Of a stretch of DNA of 64,000 bases, positions 37,230-45,668 are shown piece by piece; the stretch's first letter is position 1; every line of letters begins with the position of its first letter. The notes beneath the pieces are model-generated. The model was given only the letters and a program-made list of their open reading frames with translations, did not search any database and had not been told where the DNA came from. The DNA comes from Actinomycetales bacterium (GTDB taxonomy: Bacteria; Actinomycetota; Actinomycetes; Actinomycetales; Dermatophilaceae): positions 1,388 to 65,387 of the forward strand of contig JADJVI010000056.1 in NCBI GenBank assembly GCA_016710645.1. Reading direction: 5' to 3'. Both the position numbers and the translations under genes were made by a program.

Positions 37230-39338
37230 ATGAACGAGATGGCCCTACGCGCACGCGGCACGAGCGACATGACTGACCTGCCGACGATCACCCAGAGTCC
37301 CGCCGCGCGGAAGGCGAGGGGCACGGCATACCGGCTCTGGCGTGGGTCGGAAAGCGACCCGAGCTGGGCGCGCCCCGCCTTGCTCGGCCTGCTCGCCCTC
37401 ACGGCGGTGTTCTACCTCTGGAACCTCACCGCGAGCGGCTACGCCAACTCGTTCTATTCGGCTGCGGCACAGGCCGGTTCGGAGTCCTGGAAGGCCTTCT
37501 TCTATGGCAGCTCCGACGCCGCCAACTCGATCACGGTCGACAAGCCCCCGGCCTCGCTGTGGTTCATGGCCCTGTCGGTGCGCGTCTTCGGGCTCAACAG
37601 CTTCGCGATCCTCTTCCCCGAGGTGCTCATGGGGGTCGCCACGGTCGGCGTTCTCTACGCCACCGTCAAGCGCCAATTCGGCGCTGTCGCAGGCCTGCTC
37701 GCGGGCGGCATCCTTGCCCTGACCCCCATCGCCGTGCTGATGTTCCGCTTCAACAACCCCGACGCGCTGCTCGTGCTGGCCATGACGCTCGCGGCCTGGG
37801 CCACGATGCGATCCATCGAGAAGGCCTCGCCCAAGTGGTTCGCCTTCGTCGGCGTCTTCATCGGGTTGGCCTTCCTCACCAAGACCCTGCAGGCCTTCCT
37901 CGTCGTGCCCGGCTTCGCCCTCGCCTACCTGGTGGCCGCCAATGTCCCTCTGCTGCAACGGATCTGGCACACCATTCTCGGTGGGCTCGCCATCGTCGCG
38001 TCGGCGGGATGGTGGGTCGCCATCATCGAGCTCGTCCCGGCGAGCGCCCGCCCCTACATCGGCGGCTCGCAGACCAACTCCTTCCTTGAGCTGACCTTCG
38101 GCTATAACGGCCTGGGCCGGATCAACGGCAACGAGACCGGCTCGGTCGGCGGCGGCGCTCCAGGGGGCAACACCGGCGGCAACTGGGGCGCAACTGGCCT
38201 GCTGCGCATGTTCAACGCCGACAACGGCGGTCAGATCTCGTGGCTCATGCCGACCGCCATCATCCTGCTACTGGCCGGCCTGGTGTGGCGGGCCCGGCGC
38301 CCGCGCACGGATGCCCGCCGCGCGGCATACCTCGCCTGGGGTTCGTGGTTCGTCGTGACGACGCTGACCTTCTCGCTCATGGCCGGCATCTACCACGCCT
38401 ACTACACGATCGCCCTCGCGCCCGCCATCGCCGCCCTCGTCGCGATGGGCGCGGTCGAGGCGTGGGAGCGCCGCGACCATCTCGTGGCCCGGGTCGTCCT
38501 GGCGGTCGCGATGCTGGCCGCCACCGGCTGGAGCTTCGTGCTCCTGTCCCGCACTGTCTCGTGGAACGGCTGGCTGCGCGTCCTCGTGCTCGCGCTCGGC
38601 CTCACCGCCACCGTCGGCCTCGTCGTGCTGGACAAGGTCCACACCAAGGCCATCCCCGCGATCGTCGGACTCGCGCTCACCGCCGGCCTGCTCGGCCCCG
38701 CGGCATACAGCGTCCAGACTGTCTCGACCGGGCACATGGGCTCGATCGTCACCGCGGGTCCCGCGGTCGCCGGACAAGGCGGCCCGGGCGGTATGCCGGG
38801 TGGTCCCGGCGGTGCCGCCGGTGGACAACTGCCCGGTATGCCGGGTGGCACGGGCACGACGCGCGGCGGCGCTGCGGGTGCTCCGGGTGCTCCGGGTGCT
38901 CCGGGAGCTGGCGGTGCCGGTGGCATGGGTGGCTTGCTCAACGCCGACCTGCCGACGACGGCCGTCGTCCAGGCGCTGACCAAGGACAGCTCGTCCTACA
39001 CCTGGGTGGCTGCCGCGGTCGGGTCCCAGCGGGCCGCCGGTTTGCAGCTGGGGACGGGGTTGCCGGTCATGGCCATCGGTGGGTTCAACGGTTCTGACCC
39101 CTCACCCACCCTGGCGCAGTTCCAGGCCTATGTCGCCGAAGGCAAGATTCACTACTTCGCCTCTGGTGGTGGCTTCGGTGGCCAGCAGGGCGGCAGCCAG
39201 AGCTCCTCGGCCATTGCCAGCTGGGTGCAGCAGAACTTCACTGCCGTGACCATCGGCGGATCGACCTTCTATGACCTCACCGTGCCACTTGGGAGCACCG
39301 GGACGACCAGCGCGACGGCGACCACGGGCACGGTCTGA
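37230..39338 (+). CDS. GT39/GT83-type (ArnT/PMT-like) polyprenyl-phosphate-sugar-dependent glycosyltransferase
   Basis: 702 aa, polytopic. YANSFYSAAAQAGSESWKAFFYGSSDAANSITVDKPPASLW matches the ArnT-like first loop. Includes a Gly/Pro-rich insert GGPGGMPGGPGG...GAPGAPGAPGAGG. An alternative start is at 37269. Confidence 0.85.
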   Translation: MNEMALRARGTSDMTDLPTITQSPAARKARGTAYRLWRGSESDPSWARPALLGLLALTAVFYLWNLTASGYANSFYSAAAQAGSESWKAFFYGSSDAANSITVDKPPASLWFMALSVRVFGLNSFAILFPEVLMGVATVGVLYATVKRQFGAVAGLLAGGILALTPIAVLMFRFNNPDALLVLAMTLAAWATMRSIEKASPKWFAFVGVFIGLAFLTKTLQAFLVVPGFALAYLVAANVPLLQRIWHTILGGLAIVASAGWWVAIIELVPASARPYIGGSQTNSFLELTFGYNGLGRINGNETGSVGGGAPGGNTGGNWGATGLLRMFNADNGGQISWLMPTAIILLLAGLVWRARRPRTDARRAAYLAWGSWFVVTTLTFSLMAGIYHAYYTIALAPAIAALVAMGAVEAWERRDHLVARVVLAVAMLAATGWSFVLLSRTVSWNGWLRVLVLALGLTATVGLVVLDKVHTKAIPAIVGLALTAGLLGPAAYSVQTVSTGHMGSIVTAGPAVAGQGGPGGMPGGPGGAAGGQLPGMPGGTGTTRGGAAGAPGAPGAPGAGGAGGMGGLLNADLPTTAVVQALTKDSSSYTWVAAAVGSQRAAGLQLGTGLPVMAIGGFNGSDPSPTLAQFQAYVAEGKIHYFASGGGFGGQQGGSQSSSAIASWVQQNFTAVTIGGSTFYDLTVPLGSTGTTSATATTGTV

Positions 39339-39339
39339 C

Positions 39340-39957
39340 ATGGACGCCACGACCACTGTTTTGCCTACCGTCGACTCGCCCGCCGTGACCGCCCGACGCA
39401 CGCTGGGCGGCCAGGTGGCCCGGTTCGCCGTCGTGGGTGTCCTGTGCACCGGGGTCCACCTGGGTCTTTTCACCGTGTTTCACTCCTGGTGGGACTCGCA
39501 ACTGGCCAATGTCGCCGCGTTGGTGCTGGCGACCGTGGTCAACACCACGCTCAACAAGAGCTGGACCTTCCGCGGGGCAGGTGCCGGCAACTGGGTCCGC
39601 CAACAACTCCAAGCCCTCGGAGTCTTCCTGCTGACCTGGGCGGCGACGAGTGGGGGGTTGGCCCTGTTGGAAACCGCATGGCCCACTGCTCCCCTGGTGG
39701 TCAAGGTCCTCGCGCTCGCCGCGTCGACCGCAGTCTCGACGGTCGTGCGGTTCGTGGCGATGCGGCGCTGGATCTTCGCGGGCGGGCATGACCCGGGACC
39801 TCTGCCGGGCCGACCAATCCGGACGGGCGCCCGAACAAACAACGACGGTGGTGACCTCCCTGAGGAGATCACCACCGTCGATGCGCGGGCGGAGGCGGCG
39901 GGATTTGAACCCGCGAGGGAGGTTAATCCCAACCCACTTAGCAGGCGGGCGCACTAG
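39340..39957 (+). CDS. GtrA-family membrane protein (long unconserved C-terminal tail overlaps the antisense tRNA-Ser)
   Basis: ORF 39271..39957 trimmed to MDATTTV (the ATG is 1 nt after the GT39 stop). RFAVVGVLCTGVHLGLF...NKSWTF...RFVAMRRWIF is the GtrA signature. The last ~60 aa are probably read-through. Confidence 0.7.
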   Translation: MDATTTVLPTVDSPAVTARRTLGGQVARFAVVGVLCTGVHLGLFTVFHSWWDSQLANVAALVLATVVNTTLNKSWTFRGAGAGNWVRQQLQALGVFLLTWAATSGGLALLETAWPTAPLVVKVLALAASTAVSTVVRFVAMRRWIFAGGHDPGPLPGRPIRTGARTNNDGGDLPEEITTVDARAEAAGFEPAREVNPNPLSRRAH

Positions 39958-39976
39958 GCCACTATGCGACGCCTCC
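39890..39976 (-). tRNA. tRNA-Ser (anticodon GCT)
   Basis: The reverse complement GGAGGCGTCGCATAGTGGCCTAGTGCGCCCGCCTGCTAAGTGGGTTGGGATTAACCTCCCTCGCGGGTTCAAATCCCGCCGCCTCCG has a long variable arm and anticodon loop CTGCTAA. Confidence 0.85.
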
Positions 39977-40199
39977 CCACCCAGCCGGACCACCGCGGGC
40001 GCGAGCGCACACGGCATACCGAAGGGGCCGTCACAGGCTACCGGGGGAGCCGCGGCCGGACCAAAACCTGGTCACCGACCAGAACGGACGAATTTGCCGG
40101 ACGGGCAACCGCAGTGGCTCGCACGGCGTCTATCCGGATGAGGTGCAGAATGTTCACGACACCATCTGCCCGATTCGACGCCAAGGGAGAGCCCTCGCC

Positions 40200-41741
40200 A
40201 TGACCAGCGATCCTCGGCGACCCCTCCCCGACGGGGTGCGGGCCCGGCGCCGGGTCGCGGCCGCCCGAATGGCGCGCCGGTCGGCCACGCTCACCATCCT
40301 CAGCACGCTCTTCCCAGGGTCCGGGCTCACCCAGACGCGCTTCTACAAGCTCGGCTGGCTCGTCGTGACGCTGGCAGCAGGCACCGTCGCGGCCCTGGCC
40401 GCGGTTGTCTTCGCGAAGGGGCCGACTGCTGCCGCGCTGGCCGTGGCCGTGCGACCCGGCGCGCTGCTCATCGCGGCTGGCCTCATCGCGGTCGCCGGGG
40501 TGCTGTGGGTGTTGACCATCTGGCTCACCCACCGCGGCACCATGGACGACCGGCTCGACCGGGTCCAGCGGGTCGGCCTGCGGGCTCTTTCGGCATTGCT
40601 GTGTGTCGTCATCGCCGTGCCGATGGCCACGGCCGTGCGCTACTCGCTGATCCAGCGCGATGTCATCGGCACGCTGTTCGGGCAATCCGGCGACGTCGGC
40701 ACCGATGGCGAGGCGGCCCGTCCGAGCGGCGGCGCGGATCCCTGGGCGGACGTGCCTCGGGTCAACGTGCTGCTCATCGGGTCCGACGCCGGTGACGACC
40801 GCATCGGCGTGCGCACCGACTCGATGATGATCGCCTCGATCGAACCCAAGACCGGTCAGACGATCCTCTTTTCCTTCCCCCGCAACATGCAGAACGTGCC
40901 CTTCCCCATGAGCAACCCGCTCTACAAGATCTATCCCAAGGGCTACACCTGCGGGAGCGAGTGCTTGCTCAACGCGGTCTGGCACGAAGCCGAGGTCAAC
41001 CACCCCGAGCTCTTCAAGGGCATCAAGCAGCCGGGTCTCTACACGATCAAGGGCGTGCTCCAGGAAATCTCGGGGCTGCGCATCGACTACACGACGACAG
41101 TTGACCTCAAGGGCTTCGAGGCCCTGGTCAACGCGATGGGCGGGGTCGTCATCAATGTCAAGGAGAAGTTGCCGATCGGCGGGCACGTCAACGCCGCCGG
41201 CAACATCTACGGCGTCGACTCGTGGATCCAGCCGGGGGTGCAGCTACTCGACGGCTTCCACGCGCTCTGGTATGCCCGCTCGCGCATCACCAGCGACGAC
41301 TTCGGTCGGATGCGCCGGCAGCGGTGTCTGGTGGGCAAGCTCATCGGCCAGGTCAACGTCGGGACGATGCTGAGCAAGTACCCCGCGCTGGCCCAAGTCG
41401 CCAAGGACAACGTCCAGATGGACATCCCCCCGACGGACCTGCCCGCCTGGGCCGAGCTCGTCAACCGCGTCAAGGGCGCGACGATCAGCTCGCTGGCCTT
41501 CACTCCCGACAACATCAACCCCGGCAACCCCAACTTCGTGGCGATCCGGCGCATGGTCCGGGAGGCTATCGACCCGAGCCTCGTCGTGCCGCCGTCGACC
41601 ACGTCGGTGCCGTCGACCACGAGCAAGACCCCGACCAAGAAGCCCACGGCGACCAAGACTCCCACCAGCACCAAGTCGCCGAGCAGCACGACGAGCACGC
41701 CGCCACCGAGCGCCCCGGTGGACCTGGAAGAGGCCTGCTGA
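40200..41741 (+). CDS. LytR-CpsA-Psr (LCP) family cell-wall glycopolymer ligase with a Ser/Thr/Pro-rich tail
   Basis: ORF 40143..41741 trimmed to MTSDPRRPL. VNVLLIGSDAGDDRIGVRTDSMMIASI and ALWYARSR are LCP motifs. Confidence 0.85.
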   Translation: MTSDPRRPLPDGVRARRRVAAARMARRSATLTILSTLFPGSGLTQTRFYKLGWLVVTLAAGTVAALAAVVFAKGPTAAALAVAVRPGALLIAAGLIAVAGVLWVLTIWLTHRGTMDDRLDRVQRVGLRALSALLCVVIAVPMATAVRYSLIQRDVIGTLFGQSGDVGTDGEAARPSGGADPWADVPRVNVLLIGSDAGDDRIGVRTDSMMIASIEPKTGQTILFSFPRNMQNVPFPMSNPLYKIYPKGYTCGSECLLNAVWHEAEVNHPELFKGIKQPGLYTIKGVLQEISGLRIDYTTTVDLKGFEALVNAMGGVVINVKEKLPIGGHVNAAGNIYGVDSWIQPGVQLLDGFHALWYARSRITSDDFGRMRRQRCLVGKLIGQVNVGTMLSKYPALAQVAKDNVQMDIPPTDLPAWAELVNRVKGATISSLAFTPDNINPGNPNFVAIRRMVREAIDPSLVVPPSTTSVPSTTSKTPTKKPTATKTPTSTKSPSSTTSTPPPSAPVDLEEAC

Positions 41742-41901
41742 CGCAGGCAGGGCCGTCGGGGGCGTGCCCGAGTGCTTCGAGTATGCCCCCGGGTAAGCCC
41801 CTGAATGCTTCGGGCATCCCCCTGTATGCCGTGAGCCCCCCGTGCCGCAGCACGAGGGGCTCACGAGCGCTGACAGAGTCAGCGCATGTCGTTGTCGACG
41901 A

Positions 41902-42105
41902 TCAGAGCGGACGAACCTGGTCAGCCTGCGGGCCCTTGGGGCCCTGGGTGACCTCGAACTCGACGCGCTGTGCCTCATCGAGGGTCCGGTAGCCCTGGGT
42001 CTGGATGGCGGAGTAGTGGACGAAGACGTCCGGCCCGCCACCATCCTGGGCGATGAAGCCGAAGCCCTTCTCAGCGTTGAACCACTTGACGGTTCCCTGT
42101 GCCAT
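41902..42105 (-). CDS. cspA: cold-shock protein (CspA family)
   Basis: [35 protein letters not shown], 67 aa. The upstream part of track ORF 41902..42285 is 5' UTR. Confidence 0.95.
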   Translation of the reverse strand: MAQGTVKWFNAEKGFGFIAQDGGGPDVFVHYSAIQTQGYRTLDEAQRVEFEVTQGPKGPQADQVRPL

Positions 42106-42327
42106 GGGGATAACTCTCTCTATCTGGACACTGGAGCCCGCACCTCGCGAACCCCGGTGCTGCCGCCTACCCCACAACCGGGTCGTACCCGAGTCTTTGG
42201 GAACTCCGGCCACGTCCTGGAATGGCGTGGCTACGAGGTCCGTCCTGCGAGGAACTGCAACTGCAACCGAGGCCGACGCTAGCACGTCGTGTGAAAAGCG
42301 CCACCCCTTCTTCGGGTCATTTTCGGA

Positions 42328-43338
42328 CTACTCGCGAGTAGCCTGCCCGGTCCGGACCGAGCGCGCCCGATCGACTGCGGATGCGTCCACATCGTGACTG
42401 TGCGGTCCCAACCCGCGGACAGCCACCTGCTGCGGCCGGTCGCCACGGATCGAGGCCACCATGTCGACCACGCGCCGGGTGGCCCGCACGTCATGGGCCC
42501 GGAAGACGGTGGCGCCCAGCCATGCGGCGATCGCGGTCGCGGCCAGACTCCCCTCCAGGCGCTCCTCGGTCGGCAGGTCGAGCGTCTCGCCGACGAAGTC
42601 CTTACGCGAAAGCGCCTGCAAGACAGGGAAACCCAACGCGGTCACGGCGGCGCTATGCCGCAGCACCCGCAGCGAGTGGGCGGTCGTCTTGCCGAAGTCC
42701 AGGGTGGGGTCGACGAGAACTCGCTCGGACGGCATACCGAGGGCGGTTGCTCGTGCGGCTCCCGAGGCAAGGGTCGCCACCACATCGCGCACGACGTCCA
42801 GCGCGTCGGGTCCATAGGTGACGTCGACCGGGTCGGTGCGCGGCGGGCGGCCACCGGTGTGCGAGACGACGTAGCCCGCTCCGGCCTCGACCGCCGCCGG
42901 CAGCAGCTCGGCGTCGTAGCCGGCCCAGGTGTCGTTGACCAGGTCGATGCGGGCGCCGGCGGCCATCGCCGCGCGCAGCACCTCGGCGCGCCAGGTGTCC
43001 AGGCTCAGCAACAGCTCGGGGTATGCCGTTCGCGCCCGCACGAGGAAGGGCACCACCCGCTCGATCTCTTCCTGCGCGCCGACGGGGTCACCCTCGGACC
43101 CAGCCCGCACGCCGCCGACGTCGACGATGTCGGCACCGAGGGCGACGGCATTGTCGAGGGCGCGCAGAGCGCTGTCGAGATCGGCGTGCCGGTTGCCGGC
43201 GAAGAAGGAGTCGGGGGTGCGGTTGATGATGGCCATGACGGCCGGGCGAGAGGCGTCGAAGGTCTGACCGCGCAAGACGAGGGCAGCAGGCTCAGACAGG
43301 ACGATTTGCGGGATATCGTGCTCTTGAGCGTCGATCAT
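42328..43338 (-). CDS. folP: dihydropteroate synthase family protein (FolP-like)
   Basis: AIINRTPDSFF, DIVDVGG, SLDTW, VNDTWAG, DPTLDFGKT and SRKDF blocks of the pterin-binding domain. Confidence 0.85.
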   Translation of the reverse strand: MIDAQEHDIPQIVLSEPAALVLRGQTFDASRPAVMAIINRTPDSFFAGNRHADLDSALRALDNAVALGADIVDVGGVRAGSEGDPVGAQEEIERVVPFLVRARTAYPELLLSLDTWRAEVLRAAMAAGARIDLVNDTWAGYDAELLPAAVEAGAGYVVSHTGGRPPRTDPVDVTYGPDALDVVRDVVATLASGAARATALGMPSERVLVDPTLDFGKTTAHSLRVLRHSAAVTALGFPVLQALSRKDFVGETLDLPTEERLEGSLAATAIAAWLGATVFRAHDVRATRRVVDMVASIRGDRPQQVAVRGLGPHSHDVDASAVDRARSVRTGQATRE

Positions 43339-43641
43339 GGCCTCATCCTCGGGTCAACGGCACAGGATTTGAAGTTTGTACGTAGATCGAACATAATAGG
43401 AGGCGAGTCCTCAGCCTGAGGGCGCGCCAATCCACACGAAACTGAGTTGCCTCATCATGCCTAGCTGGATCGTCCTGTTCCCGCTCTTCGGAAAGAGCTC
43501 GAAGCACGGCGCTTCGTACTACCACCACCGCGACCAGGTCCACTTCCGGACCTTCTGACCGGCCCCGCGGCTCGTCGACCCGGGGGGATCTGGGTCCGAA
43601 CCGCACCAGCCTTCGACGCCACCGGCAGCATGCCGGTGGCG

Positions 43642-44520
43642 TCACTCTATTTCCGAGCGGCCCAGGGTTCCTGGCCGGGTTCCCGGGTTCCCAGTTTCCC
43701 GGGGTGCCTGGATCTGGGGCCCGGATGTTCCGCTCTCCGGCGCGCGGCCACTCGCCCACCGATAGTGCCGCACCAAAAGGTAGGCCGCACCAGCCGTCGC
43801 AAGGTGCCAGACGGCGTGCCCCTGCAGGAGCGAGCCCGGGTCACACCAGAGGCCGCGCTCGTCAGCCAGCCACACGGCATACCCGAGCGTGAGCAGTCCG
43901 ACCGCAGCGCGCAGCGAAGGAGAGCCGGGCGCTCGGCGCGCCTCCAAGACGATCCCCGGGAGCAGCACGACGGCGAAGAGCCACCGGCGCGTGCCGGGAA
44001 GGGCCCACTGAATCGCCGCGAGGGTGGCCAGCGAGGTGAGTGCCAGCGGCAGGGTCCGGTGCGCGAACGGGGAGCCTCGGCAGCTGCCGACGAGAAGCAG
44101 GACGGCGATGAGGTACATGCCCTGCACGTCGAGCAGCTGCCCGGCGAAGGTGAGCCCGCCGTGGTAGGCCAGGCTCCCCGCGCCGACCGCGATCGTGGCC
44201 AGGGCGGCAGCGCCAGCGAGGGCGCGCTCGGGTCGGGTGCGGTTGATCGCGCGGACGGATCGGTATGCCGCCGCCCCGGCAACGAGGAAGGCGAGGTTGC
44301 TCAACGCATTGGCAGGTTGGCGCAGCAATCCAGATCCGACGGCCTCGCAGAAGCACCGCGGCTGGGCACCTTGGTTGGTGGTCGGATCGAGGCAGGTCGC
44401 CGGCCGAATGTCGAGGGCCCCAGGACGTGCGAACTCCACGGCCGCCAGCGCGGTCAACGCGAGGGCGAGCACCCCCATCACGTATGCCGTGCGGCTCACG
44501 TCAGCTGGTCGGCTGGTCAT
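43642..44520 (-). CDS. ceramidase-like (CREST superfamily) 7-TM putative hydrolase
   Basis: ORF 43642..44991 trimmed to MTSRPADV. ANALSNLAF, SLAYHG, LDVQGMY and GHAVWHL carry the conserved Asn/His pattern. Confidence 0.55.
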   Translation of the reverse strand: MTSRPADVSRTAYVMGVLALALTALAAVEFARPGALDIRPATCLDPTTNQGAQPRCFCEAVGSGLLRQPANALSNLAFLVAGAAAYRSVRAINRTRPERALAGAAALATIAVGAGSLAYHGGLTFAGQLLDVQGMYLIAVLLLVGSCRGSPFAHRTLPLALTSLATLAAIQWALPGTRRWLFAVVLLPGIVLEARRAPGSPSLRAAVGLLTLGYAVWLADERGLWCDPGSLLQGHAVWHLATAGAAYLLVRHYRWASGRAPESGTSGPQIQAPRETGNPGTRPGTLGRSEIE

Positions 44521-44542
44521 CGGGGTGCCTTGGGGTGTCGGA

Positions 44543-45166
44543 TCAGGCGAAGCGGCCGAGGAAGCCCAGCAGTCTCGTGCTGAGCAGGTCGGCGAGCGGG
44601 GCGTCGTATTCGTCGGCCAGGTCGGCGTCGAAGAAGAGGTGGCCCTTGCCCGGGTAGACGTAGTGCGACACATCAGCTCCCGCGCGGGCGGCGATGTCGA
44701 CGAGCAGACGGGCCTCGGCCGGGTCGGCCCACGGGTCATCGACGGCGTGGTGCAGCGCAAGAGGCACGTCCGCGCGCCAGGTGTCGGGCGTCCACCCGTC
44801 GAAGAACCCGCCGCCCCCGCAGAGGACGGCGCCCACCACCTCGGGTCGGGTTTGCGCGAAGTCCTGCGCGATGCCCGCTCCCATCGAGAAGCCGAGCACC
44901 ACACGCGGCCCGTCAATGCTCCGGTATGCCGTGCCCGCTCGCTCCTGGATGGTGGGCTGGTGCTCTTGCACGAAGGCGACGGCCTCGGCATACCCGGCCT
45001 CCCCGCCCTCGAAGGTGCGCCCGGCGAGCAAGTCCGGAGCGACGACGGCGTGGCCGGCGCTGCGCAGGTGATCGGCCAGGGCGTGGACCGCCGGACGGAG
45101 GCCGAGGGCGGAGTGCAACAGGAGGACGGAAGCCATGAAGGTGAGGCTACGCGGCAGGTCCGACAA
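44543..45166 (-). CDS. dienelactone hydrolase family protein
   Basis: LLLHSALGLRP...VLGFSMGAG...YPGKGHLFFD. The true start may be MASVLLLH at 45136. Confidence 0.75.
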   Translation of the reverse strand: MSDLPRSLTFMASVLLLHSALGLRPAVHALADHLRSAGHAVVAPDLLAGRTFEGGEAGYAEAVAFVQEHQPTIQERAGTAYRSIDGPRVVLGFSMGAGIAQDFAQTRPEVVGAVLCGGGGFFDGWTPDTWRADVPLALHHAVDDPWADPAEARLLVDIAARAGADVSHYVYPGKGHLFFDADLADEYDAPLADLLSTRLLGFLGRFA

Positions 45167-45189
45167 CCCCGAGCTTGAGCGAGCCGCGC

Positions 45190-45222
45190 GGCATCACCGC
45201 GGCATCACCGCGGCATCACCGC
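45190..45222. repeat. 11-bp tandem repeat x3 (GGCATCACCGC)
   Basis: Read directly. The unit is not a multiple of 3, and the repeat is intergenic. Confidence 0.7.
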
Positions 45223-45270
45223 GGGGTCGCAGCGGGCCGTCGTGGTCAGAGATCGCCGCGAGGTGACATC

Positions 45271-45412
45271 CGCGAGCCTGCGAGCGGAGGGCGTGGTGGG
45301 TCCTACGGCCTGCGCGAGCCTGCGAGCGGAGGGCGTGGTGGGTCCTACGGCCACCGCGAGCGCCAGCGAGCGGAGGGCGTGGTGGGTCCTACGGCCTGCG
45401 CGAGCCTGCGAG
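45271..45412. repeat. three tandem 42-44-bp units, each reproducing the 3' acceptor/T-arm end of the adjacent tRNA-Ser plus its 14-nt 3' flank
   Basis: CGCGAGCCTGCGAGCGGAGGGCGTGGTGGGTCCTACGGCC(TG/AC) at 45271, 45313 and 45355 (variant). A fourth copy continues into the genuine tRNA (…GCGAGCGGAGGGCGTGGGATTCGAACCC). Confidence 0.75.
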
Positions 45413-45498
45413 CGGAGGGCGTGGGATTCGAACCCACGATGCCGTTGCCGACATAGCGGTTTTCAAGACCGCCGCACTAGGCCTCTATGCGAGCCCTC
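45413..45498 (-). tRNA. tRNA-Ser (anticodon TGA)
   Basis: The reverse complement GGAGGGCTCGCATAGAGGCCTAGTGCGGCGGTCTTGAAAACCGCTATGTCGGCAACGGCATCGTGGGTTCGAATCCCACGCCCTCCG has a long variable arm and anticodon loop CTTGAAA. Confidence 0.85.
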
Positions 45499-45668
45499 CA
45501 ACAACGAGCCATCGTAGGCCAGCCGCCCCGCCGACACGTCCGCGCGAGAAGGTCGCGCACTCCGTGCATCACGCGATGTATCAGGACAGACCCGTCAAAC
45601 CTCCTGACAGGTGACGCACCCGGCCCTAGGCTCGCCCTCAGGCCACGCATCCCCCTGTGAGGACCGAC

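Noticed and set aside
38760-38940. Gly/Pro-rich stretch as a separate collagen-like or PE/PPE-like gene
   Set aside because: It is in frame and internal to the GT39 glycosyltransferase ORF. It is best read as a low-complexity loop carrying two motif copies.
42106-42327. Riboswitch or ncRNA upstream of cspA
   Set aside because: Long structured 5' UTRs are normal for csp genes, and I could not recognise any specific Rfam-type motif by eye.
45271-45412. Possible CRISPR array
   Set aside because: The units are contiguous, with no unique spacers. They derive from the adjacent tRNA 3' end, and no cas genes are present.
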